Shown: one piece after another, positions 37,405 through 47,833 of the stretch
Numbering within the stretch: the first letter of the stretch is position 1
How the letters are laid out: each line of letters starts with the position of its first letter
Origin: Parasitella parasitica NRRL 2501
Lineage: Eukaryota > Fungi > Mucoromycota
NCBI GenBank assembly: GCA_025201805.1
Contig: MU619271.1
Span: 165,786-229,785, forward strand
Direction: 5' to 3'
DNA: 64,000 nucleotides
The notes under the pieces: model-generated
Told to the model about the DNA's origin: nothing
The model's input: only the letters and a program-made list of their open reading frames with translations
The model's database searches: none
Program-made: the position numbers and the translations under genes

Positions 37405-38012
37405 TTATAGGTATAAAGCCAATGCAACGACTATCATGGTAACCATGGCAACAAATTGACTAAGAGGAGCAACGCGGTTACCGAATGACGAGTTGACCGA
37501 TTGACTTGCAGAGGGGGATGTCGTAGATCCTGTAGTTGTTGGTGCAACCCAAGTTGCTGATGCTTGACTGGGAACAAGGGAAGCAGAGGATATGGGTGCT
37601 ACTGAAGGCGTAGGAACTGCTGCACAGATACCAGCTGCAACTCTTGCCTGTTCATTTGCGTCGACACTGTACTCTGGACAGAGATCAAAACATTGACGAA
37701 TTAATTTCTGCGTTTCAAAATGTGAGTTTACAACAGTAATATAAATCAGTGTTTGTTCGACGCTTTTACCTGTGCATTACATTGGCAAGCATAATCAACC
37801 GGTCCGCAACTTTGAAGCAGGCTTTGCTCGATTGATTTACAGGCTTGGAAACTAGATGAGTGAGTCAGTACCGTATATGTCTTGAGAAAAACAGTCATTT
37901 TGAAAACCTACTTTGCTTCTGCTGCGCAGCCAATAATTGCTGTAACTGACATGGCACCAAATTGAATTGCCAGAAAAAGCGCCACAGCCCAAGACATTTG
38001 TTGCTTGCCCAT
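37405..38012 (-). CDS. Secreted 8-Cys, Ser/Thr-rich, probably GPI-anchored cell-surface protein, 3 exons; not in the ORF track
   Basis: Signal peptide MGKQQMSWAVALFLAIQFG..., CAAEANFQACK...CGPVDYACQC...CFDLCP...GIC, an S/T/P stalk and a hydrophobic tail FVAMVTMIVVALALYL*. Confidence 0.85.
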
Positions 38013-39827
38013 TTTTTAAAAAGAGAAAAAAAAAAAAAATTGATGAATGCTCCAAAAAAAAACAAAAACAAAAAAGAAACAAGAAAAAAGTTGATCGTTT
38101 TTATCCTGTTACGTTGTATAAAACCCCTCCCCTCCTTCTACTCCTCCTTGTCCTTCTATTTCTCCCTGATTTCCTCTCTGCATGTTTGCAAATCAAACTT
38201 TTGCATGCATGATGTCTGTTGTACTCTTACATGAACATGAAGACTATATAGGCCCCTTTATTACCTATACAGTTGATGCTTCTCTCAATCCGCTGACAGC
38301 AATCTTACATTTGCGTTTAGGAGATATTGATTCTTTCTAATGAGTTACCGGAACATACATTGGCTTCATAACAATTCAAAAGAAAGACAAAAGAACATAT
38401 AAACTTTTTCTGTAACATCGATAATGGCAATATATATATACATATATAATATTTATTGTACTTGGGTGTAATATATATTATATAACAACAACAAGGTTTT
38501 AAAAGAATTTTCATTTAATCCAGCAAATCATCAAAGAACACCCCACAGGTCTTCTTGGTAACATACATCCATATTACCCGGTATATTAATCTATCAAAGT
38601 AAGTAGAGCTACTGTTTTTTTTTTTTTTTCATTATAACGAGTAGCGAGCTGACTCACGCAACACAGTGCAGATGAAAGACATTGCTATTTATTGAATTTA
38701 ATAAGAATCGGATGGCTCTGTTGGATAGGCAAATTTTGATGGATGACCTTCCCCTTCCGCAGGAACTACATATAACATAGTTTCTAGCAGTTGGCTGATA
38801 TTCAATAATATTGATTCTGTTCATAACGCAAATCTGGACAAGTCTCTCCTTAGACCCACTCTTTTACATGAAGCATTCAATTCTTTGTAATCTCTCATCG
38901 ACCTTTTGAATACTAGTAACCTTTTTTTTTTTTTTACCTGTTATTTTAGAAAGAAAAAAAAAATTGTTTTCTTATGGATACTGGATGCAACTTCACCAGA
39001 ATTAGCTCCCCTTTTAAATATGAACATTTGTAATAAAATCGGTACAATTAATTGGCACAAAATAAGAGTATAGTTGAACGAAAAGGACAAACTAAACAAG
39101 AACTACAGGTTGAATATGGTTTATTCAAAAATGGAGTTTTGGTTTATTTTGATAATGCCGTGTCAGCTCAATTGTTCAGGCTTCATTTGTGTCCGTTTTA
39201 TTGGGATATCTCGTGAGACGATTGAGCTCTTGGCGAAACGTAGATAGATTCGACCAACGAACGATTATGCCAACAGACAATCATACTTTGCAGGGGGGGG
39301 GGGGAAGGTTTTAATGCCTTGCTTTGATAATTTATTCTGGCATACACGAACACCTCAACGCCATCCATCTTTAGGCCTTTTATGGACCTTTTAAATCGAG
39401 CTTGGTAGTTGCTAATATTTTGAGCTAAACACTATAAGAATAACGTCAAAACAGAGTATCAGGTTATTCTCTTTTTTTTTTTTGTCAGTGTGTTTACAGC
39501 AAATATACCTCTATCATCAGGCCTCATGACAAAGACAATCTTTTGCCCAGTCCAAAGACCTGAAGTCGATGCGTTTCCTTGATATCTGAGTCTTTAAATA
39601 ATCTGAAATATACTGATGCAGGTTGATGTAAATTTTAGTGTGAAGCCTCACTCTGCTTGTATCTTCAATACTCTCATGAGATTTACTGTCAAAAAATATT
39701 GCAGTTCCATCTTATTTAGACATCAAAAGAAGCATTAAAACAGGATTTATTCTGTTTGTTTTATTTTCATGGGAATGCTTTGTATTAGTAAAACTTTAGA
39801 TACTTTGAGTTTTTAAAGAATTGTTTA

Positions 39828-41852
39828 CTAAACCAAAGAATTTTTAGCATGATCCCAATAAAGAGGTACACTAGAGTTCAATATTTGAGCCAAGTTCTTT
39901 GCCATTTGCATGACTGTACGGGTATTTTCATCAGGGCTAGCCAAAAAATCGCGCAGAGACCAAGAGGGAGCCTGGCCAATCTTCAAATCCAAATTCTCTG
40001 CAAAGCGATCCACCCAAGCCTCCTTGTACAAAGATACCTTTAACAATGAACGATGTGGCTCAACCAAGCTTAAATCGACAGGCAATTCAAAATCAGTACG
40101 TTCAACACGGTCCATATCCCAAATGTCATCCTGGCAGACTTCGATTATAAACCCTTTATAGCTGTATAGCCATTTGGTTTTTTGAGTGATCAATTTGGGA
40201 TTATAATCGTTTGAGGTGACCATGACCAGACGATTGTTGTTACTGATTCGAAGTCCACGACTGAACTTTTCGTGCGGGGAATTTACATCATCGTTAGGAA
40301 GACGGCGAGCGTACTGCAGCTTGAGATCCCAAGAGTAGTTACTTTCAATGTTTGTCACATTAATATCGACTAAATCGGTACAGTCTGTCATGGTGCTCCA
40401 CAATCGACGTTGGCCACTATCCGTAAACGAAATCTGTAAAACGGTATCCCACATTTCGCCTCTGGGAAAGTCCCTTTGACCAGGTATACGAGGAGGAGCG
40501 GCAAATGGATACTGTTTAGCGCTGATTGCAAATGAAGTTCGAGGGTTGTCTGAAAATTCCACAGCATCTGGATCAGTGGATAAAAATTCAAACAGCCCGC
40601 TTAAGCCTTGAAACGACTTGCTGATGCAGGGTGCTAATTCAGACAAAAATCCGTTTTTACGAAATAGACGGTCGCTGACATATTCAACCGATAAGAATTC
40701 CGTCTTCATTTTGGGATACTGGACAAGACAAATCTGACCAAAGCGAATCTTCATGCGGATGACCCAATCATTCAAACGCAGACTCTCCAGACCGGCGGCA
40801 AGCTGCTGTTCGATTATACTTTCATTTCTCGAGTTCAATGTCTTTACTGTGTCTGATAATGGCTCGACAGGATGTTCATCAGTAAATCCGATGAGGTCAA
40901 CTCTGTTTGGAACACCCGTATCAACAGATTGAAGCATGCTATTTCTCTCCAACAGAATTCTCTCTTCTTCGGGATCCGCGTATTTATACGTGACAAACCC
41001 CTTGGGCAAGCTTCTGTATGCAAGTAATAGCTGCGTCGTGGGCTGTTCCATCAGCCTCAGGGTACCACCCATGGGCTTTCGCGAACAGCGTAGATACCAA
41101 TTTCGAACACGCATAGAAGCATCCTTGACATGTTCTTCATTGTCCCCGGCAAGACGAATCAGATTGCCTTGCTCTTCATACCACAGGAAAGTCTTGCAGT
41201 CTGCTCGAATTTGATTAAAGTAGGATTCGTTTTCGCCAGAGAAACGCAACAAGGGGATTGAGTTATCCGGCAGTGGGAATACAGCGTGGTAGCTTTGAGT
41301 CACTGCTGGCAACCCGTGATATCGTTTTTCTTCGTCAATTTTAGCTTGTTTGCGTTCTGCACGTCGTCGCTCTCGTTCTGTCAACTCTCGCTCTGGTTTC
41401 CCCCATTTTTTCGTCTTTCGTTGCGAGCGTTCGTCCTTTTCAAAAAGATTCTGGACAATGTCGTCGAGATAGCGTTTGGTTTTGGCAATGGCTTCTGCGT
41501 CACCCCATATGTCGACTTGGTTGTAGTCTTCGTTGTACTCGATAAAGGAGCCTGTGTGCTGCTGAATTGTGTTTATGCGCGCTTTATTACGAGAGCCGAG
41601 GACGTCTCGCAGGTTTGCGTGTGCTGGTAAGACCCAGTGGTCGTCTGCGTTGCGGTGGCCTGCGCCAGAAGTTACAGTGGGATCGGCAAATGCCCGTGTT
41701 GGTCTTGCTGAGCTGTGGGTTTGTGATGTGGAGGAGACGTCAATGTCAACAAGATTGGGATTGTTGATCGTTGGGTCTCTCCAATTGTTATTTTCCTCAT
41801 CAGACGATCCTTCATCATCCAAGTTATAAGGGACTTCTGGCTCAATAGACAT
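39828..41852 (-). CDS. KH-domain protein with a large uncharacterised C-terminal domain, intronless
   Basis: VLGSRNKARINTIQQHTGSFI..QVDIWGD..AI.KTK..L (KH-like) and a second degenerate KH (FNQIRADCKTFL..IRLAGD). ATG at 41852 (MSIEPEV). Confidence 0.75.
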   Translation of the reverse strand: MSIEPEVPYNLDDEGSSDEENNNWRDPTINNPNLVDIDVSSTSQTHSSARPTRAFADPTVTSGAGHRNADDHWVLPAHANLRDVLGSRNKARINTIQQHTGSFIEYNEDYNQVDIWGDAEAIAKTKRYLDDIVQNLFEKDERSQRKTKKWGKPERELTERERRRAERKQAKIDEEKRYHGLPAVTQSYHAVFPLPDNSIPLLRFSGENESYFNQIRADCKTFLWYEEQGNLIRLAGDNEEHVKDASMRVRNWYLRCSRKPMGGTLRLMEQPTTQLLLAYRSLPKGFVTYKYADPEEERILLERNSMLQSVDTGVPNRVDLIGFTDEHPVEPLSDTVKTLNSRNESIIEQQLAAGLESLRLNDWVIRMKIRFGQICLVQYPKMKTEFLSVEYVSDRLFRKNGFLSELAPCISKSFQGLSGLFEFLSTDPDAVEFSDNPRTSFAISAKQYPFAAPPRIPGQRDFPRGEMWDTVLQISFTDSGQRRLWSTMTDCTDLVDINVTNIESNYSWDLKLQYARRLPNDDVNSPHEKFSRGLRISNNNRLVMVTSNDYNPKLITQKTKWLYSYKGFIIEVCQDDIWDMDRVERTDFELPVDLSLVEPHRSLLKVSLYKEAWVDRFAENLDLKIGQAPSWSLRDFLASPDENTRTVMQMAKNLAQILNSSVPLYWDHAKNSLV

Positions 41853-41934
41853 TGTAGAACAAATATATAAAGAAGGGAAAAAAAAAAAAAAAAAAAAAAA
41901 AATGAGGCAAGAGGCACGCAAAATTTATTCGTTT

Positions 41935-42255
41935 CCGGAAGACTTGATGGCAAGTCGACAAATGGTAGCCGCCACAACATGGAGCTTGGTCAACCTTTGT
42001 GCCTGATAAAGTGGCTGGCTACAAGTGCTATACCGTACATAGAGTAGTCAACAGGCGTCATAAGCAAGGCACTACTGCACACAGCCGTTGATGGACTATC
42101 GATTCATTAAAATCACGGGTTGAATGTCCTTGCAGAAAATGCATTGCTCTCACTTGACACTACAAAGCTGCTAGGCTCTACCGTATAAATAACGCCTGCC
42201 GAATTCTGAAGACGGCTTGTGTCCACTGCAGTGCTCTGGGTGTCAATGAGCATCT
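41935..42255. ncRNA. Candidate structured non-coding RNA of unknown family
   Basis: GC-richer segment with no recognisable coding frame, tiled by stems: 41941-46/41951-56, 41965-75/42011-22, 42043-48/42071-76, 42093-42129 and a long branched stem 42145-42252. Confidence 0.3.
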
Positions 42256-42423
42256 TCACCATCAACACACGAGCATCTTCTCATGTAAAACTGAAAGAAC
42301 ACTTTTTTTTTTTTAGTCACGGCGCTGGGGAAGAGGGGGGGGGGCTTAGCTTCACAGTTGAGCATGCCATTTCCATCGATTCAAACTGCCCTTGAGCAAA
42401 CGCGTACATTTACTTTATCTTGG

Positions 42424-44204
42424 ATGAACTTTTTATACACTACACCAGACGAAAAATTTGGAACTGTTGCCGAGTGCAGCGGTACTCTAGGTAAGCCGGG
42501 TATTTGAAATATCAAATGCCATGAACTCATGCCATCGTCTAGTACATGTTGATAATGAAAGTAGCCCTGCGTTGCAGGCACTTGCGGATAACAGCGTAAA
42601 TTTATTCACAACTAAGCACTGTAAAAGACATTTCTTAACCGGTTGAAATAGGCATTCCTATACCCTTCAATTAAATTTGGCAATTTGACACACTCGCAAG
42701 CTGATTTCACAAACACCCCAGCCGCAACAGAATGCTATTATGCGTCTTGCTATCAAGAGTTGAAAAATAGATGCTTGAAGCAAGTGGAAGAAAGGTACAC
42801 TTTTGCCTATTCCGTATATGGCGTGTATATCAACGCTTGTTTTATCTTTAGATGTCTAGCTATCGAAGCTACTCCAGCCTATAAATATGGCAAGCAGCTA
42901 TACGACGTTCTGTACAGCAAGCTTCCCAGGGCTTCCGATGCACTCTTACAGCACGATCTTTTTCAAGCAAAGCAAGAAGCAGGTCTCTTTAAATGTGTCG
43001 CTTGGCATCCACACAAAGAGATCCTAGCTGTTGCGCATCAGGACGACCAAGTGTACCTTTACGAAAAGAAAGACAGCATGTGGACTTGCTTGGTTTTGTC
43101 ACATTCGAAAATGACGCAGATTACCTGTTTAGAATGGAAATCAAAAGCGTGCGGCACATTGGCCGTGGCATGTAAAGATGGTGTTTGTGTTTGGACATTG
43201 GAACAGACAATTGCAGAGAAACAACCCAGATATCACCCGTCGGCTTCAATGAGATATTTGACATATCCTGGGCAAGAGTACATCAGCTCTTTGGCTTGGG
43301 ATCCTACGCCAGGAAGCCATCTATTAGCTGTGGTTTCAGCCTTTTCCAATACACTAGTCATTCATGATCTATTGTTAAACAGGACAATCCCTCTGAAGCG
43401 ATATGGTAGCGGCAATATTCTTTTGCGTTGGAGTCCGAACGGCGTATGGCTATTTGAAGGCGGATCGTAAGTTACCTCTCACCAACATCTAGCGTATATC
43501 GTCTAATCTTATCAATGCAAAGTGCTGGCACTTCACGCATGTGGGATACTAGGAACTGGACATCCAAGAAAATACAGAACCCTGCTGGATTATGGATCCA
43601 AGCTGCGTGCTGGTCACCAGATAACCGAACGTTGATTTACTCAATGTGCGGTAAAAGTGATATACACGCACTATTTTTATCTGGAGACTTGGTCAAATCT
43701 GATCTTGTCAATGTCAAGATATTCTCGACTTCTTTGACTACAGTAACAACGGAATCTGGCGCCCAAGCAGAGGTCGGTGGTGTGATCCGTGATATCTCTA
43801 TTGACAGAAGAAATGGCCAAAGACTGGCGATCATATTCGAGAATTCAAATTTAATAGCTTTGTACTCTGTTAAACAGGTATCCCCTCTCAATTTGATCGA
43901 AGAGCCGATGCTGTTTCCAATGTAGGTGTATGCGAAAAGCAGAGTGTGTTGCGAATGCTTTTTTTTTTTTTTTTTTTAACATTTCCACATTAGTGGCTAC
44001 ATGCGTGGGTGCTCTACGTCTTGTAGCGAAGGCAACTCGTTACAGATATCAGCTTTAAAAGGAGACACCAAGCCTTTGGGTCTCTCGTTCTCTTTCACAT
44101 TCAAAGACGGAGCGCTGCTGGCTATTACTTGGGACACTGGTTTGATTACATTTGTTACACATACATTCTTGACTGATGAAGAGATCAGAAAGCGCATTAT
44201 GTGA
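42424..44204 (+). CDS. AAAS: Aladin-like WD40 nucleoporin, multi-exon
   Basis: N-terminal P....TVAECSGTL, CVAWHPH..LAVA, LSHSKM..ITCLEWK....TLAVACKDGVCVW, LRWSPNG, QAACWSPD, GQRLAI. Confidence 0.85.
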
Positions 44205-44312
44205 TCACTACTACTTTCACACTTTGAATTGGCGAATAAAAAAAAAAAAAAAGATTTACACTTGATAAAAAAAACTCTGCTGCTTTCTGTTGTCTTTATC
44301 TCTATTTGCAAT

Positions 44313-46126
44313 ATGAGTGAAGGGTAAGCTCTCCAAGCTGAGACGACCAGGTGATTATTAACATGAGTGCGAATAGACTAAGTCAAGATGATTTCAGAAG
44401 ATTAATGGCAACGCCGCGTCGTCCTAACAACGAAGACACACAATTCAAAGCACCCGCTCCTAAACCACCGTAAGAAAACCACCAACAAAGAAACGCACAT
44501 CTTGTTGAAGCGATTTTTATTTTTAGGAAAAACACAAGCGCTATCTTTGCTCAACCACGTTCGATGAGAAAGAAAAACTATAAAAAGGGCTCCAACAAGG
44601 AAGAAGAAAAGCAAGAAGAAAAAGAACAATCAAAGTATCGCGACAGAGCTGCCGAGAGACGCAAACAAGGCGACTCTACAAACTCTGACGACCAGCCTAC
44701 AACAGAAGAGCTTTTACAACGAACGCAAGCAGAGGCAGGCGAAGAATTAGACTCTAAACAGCTCTACGAACAGTCAAAGTATCTAGGCGGGGATGTGGAC
44801 CACACACACCTTGTCAAAGGTCTTGACTTTGCATTACTAAGAAAAGTAAGGGCAGATCTAAGCATGAAGCAACAGAGACATGCTAGTGAACAAGAAGACG
44901 AGGGAGAAGTCAAAGACAAAGCAGAGAGTAAACAGCACCCACAAGACATGGATGTCGATGATGATCTGGATCAGATACTGGAACGATTCGAGCGAGGGGA
45001 AAACATTGCCGATGACACTGCAAATGCTGCTAGCGACAATCCGTGCATAGAGAGCAGCCCCAAATTTCACACATTGATGGCCAAAAACATATATCAATAC
45101 ATCCAGCATCAAACAAACCCCGAAGAACAGCCCCACGTTGAATTGTTTGGGCCAGGAAGAATGGCATTCGTATTTGAATTGGCAGACGAAGTGGGGCATT
45201 ATTCAGACGCTTTTGCTATCCCTACTTCGATGATCAGAAGTAAAGCGGACGTTACTTCCAAATTGTCAAGGTCGGGCTGGTCTGACGAGTCTCAGGCCGA
45301 ATCAAGTCTGGTGATCGACAAGATTTCTCAAGTAATGAATCGACTTCAATATGGCGCACCTGTAGACCGTATTAAAAAGCTTGACAATACCACAAAAATA
45401 TTAAAGGAGCCTGTTTCTATGGTCGATGACGGATTCATGGGTGATATTTTCGCTGACGCTGGTCGTGATTACGAGTTGGATGAGAGTTCTATAGCAGCAA
45501 ACACTAATGAAACAAGGGGCAGTTACTTCAAGGACCTTGTAGATAAAGACGAGGACGAAGAAGAAGAAGAAAAGGAGGGCCAAGAAATGACTGAGGCTAG
45601 CAACGTTGCAGTGCACGCATTACTATCGCAAGCAACAGGTATAACCGACTCTGAACAAAAGCAAAACGAAAGTAATCAAGAGGCTACAAATAAAAGGAAA
45701 TACAACCATGTTGAAATGGATGCTGATGCAGCTGATATTGACATGTTTGGACTGAGCTCAAGTGCTTTACCAACATCATTCGAGGAGCATACAGCAACAT
45801 GTCAATCCGATGACGATGACGATGGTGACGTAAATCCAAAGCAAAAAGATAGATCAGCTACGCAAATGATGGATCAAGGCACAAACAAGAATAAGAAAGC
45901 TCAATTGACAAGGTGGGATTTTGACACAGAGGACGAATGGCAAAATTATAAAGACAGCATTGAAATCCACCCCAAAAGCGCATATCAGTATGGCATTAAA
46001 TTGGGCGATGGCAGGAAGCGCCATAAAGAAAGAAAGGGGATGAGCGACAAGCAGCGATTAGATCGAGATTTCCAACAAGTGAAAAACATCATGTCAAAAA
46101 AATACGGCAAATCGTTAGATTCCTGA
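44313..46126 (+). CDS. IK: RED/IK spliceosomal B-complex protein
   Basis: MSEG|LSQDDFRRLMATPR, YRDRAAERR, SKYLGGDVDHTHLVKGLDFALL, ELFGPGRMAFVF, IPTSMIRSKAD, WDFDTEDEW..Y...PKSAYQYGIK. Confidence 0.93.
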
Positions 46127-46170
46127 GCTGTATATATGTATATATTTACAAAATAAAAAATTCATAAAGA

Positions 46171-47684
46171 TTAACGTGGAGTGCTGTGCTTTTTTTTGGA
46201 TGGTTTTAGCATCCAGGGGTGCTTTAATGCCTCATCAGGTTTAAGACGCTGTTCAGGATCCCAGTGAAGACACTTGTTTATAAAATCGACAAAGTTTTCA
46301 TCCATTGTTTTGAGAGCGTATTCCAACGTCTTTGTGCCTGGCTTTCTTTTTCTGCCTTTAGAGTTTGGCTGTATACGTGGATTGCCTTGAGAATCTAGCG
46401 ATGCAGTAAATTTCAATATCTTTGCATAACCAATTAAAAGCGTTGTTAATTCCTACCAAAAAATAACTTTCTGCGAGTACTCTTTTCTATAATGTATGGC
46501 TCAGGGACATTTTGAATCTCCATTATACAAGCCAATTGCTCCTGTTCATTTTCACCTGGAAACAGAGGGTAGCCTGTATGTAATTCGGCTAGAATACAAC
46601 CCACACTCCACATGTCAATCGCCATACTATAGCTCATGCCCATAATTACTTCGGGTGAGCGATAGAATCGACTTTGAATGTAAGTGTAAACTTTTTCGCT
46701 TTCTAAACAAGAGCTGCCAAAATCGATTACTTTGATAGTGCTTTTCGTTGGATGTTTCAGCAAGATATTCTACAGAATCGTGAGCAAAATATAATATCGA
46801 TATAGGTGTTTTCAGCAAATACCTCTGGTTTCAAATCGCAATGGATCAACTTGTGCTTTTGTAAAAGCGTAAGTGAGTTCAGCAATTGCATAGCAAATCT
46901 CCTGATTAAACCCATACTGAAACCCTGGAACCCATTGCTTTTGATAAATTCGTACAGGTTGATGGAAAGACATTCAAATGCAATACACAAATGATTTCTA
47001 AACATGAAATGGCCTGTCATCCTGACATTATTATGCTTATCCTCTGAATCCCATGCAATCAAATCTTCTAATATCTTGACTTCTACAAGCGCCTGCGCAT
47101 GAAATCGTTTCTTGTTTCGAATAATTTTAACTGCCACAGTCTGCCCTGAACGGTGATCAAAGCATTTCAAGACTTGTCCAAATGACCCTTTGCCCATTAT
47201 CTCCAACACCTCATATCGATAATCCAAATGGTCTCGTATCTGAATTAAATAATCGCCACGTTCATCGTCATAACCATAATTACAGTAACCATGGCTTGGA
47301 CTAGCAGGTCGCTTCTTTGCATGGTGTCCAACAAAGTAGATGTTTGCATAGTTTTGCATTTCTTGCCTTTCAAATGATGTCAGATTGAATTGATACAACT
47401 TTAGTGCTGCTTCGGGCGACATGGCAACGCGCATCATTACTTTCGGATGCTCAACCAGTAGCTTTGTAGCGGGATCGTCACTGCTACTTGATATTGACGT
47501 CTTTGTACCTCTTCCTCGTAGCACAATTTCAGACGTGTGTCCTTCAACCGACTTGAGCGTGGCTTTTTCTCTTTCCATCTGTGTTGTCCATGATTTACTT
47601 TCATCGACGAGTCCTTGTAATCTTTCTTGCAATGTAGAAACTTTTCTTCTTGAAGTAGACACTGTTTGATAATTGAATCTTTAG

Positions 47685-47738
<54 letters not shown>

Positions 47739-47748
47739 NNNNNNNNNN

Positions 47749-47833
<85 letters not shown>

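Noticed and set aside
41970-41980. CCACAAC as a telomerase template for TTGTGG repeats
   Set aside because: Only about one repeat long and buried in a predicted stem; insufficient.
42200-42260. In-frame TGA near Cys/His (selenoprotein) or CUGAAGA hammerhead core
   Set aside because: No recognisable protein or SECIS element, and the hammerhead stems and GAAA are not in the required order.
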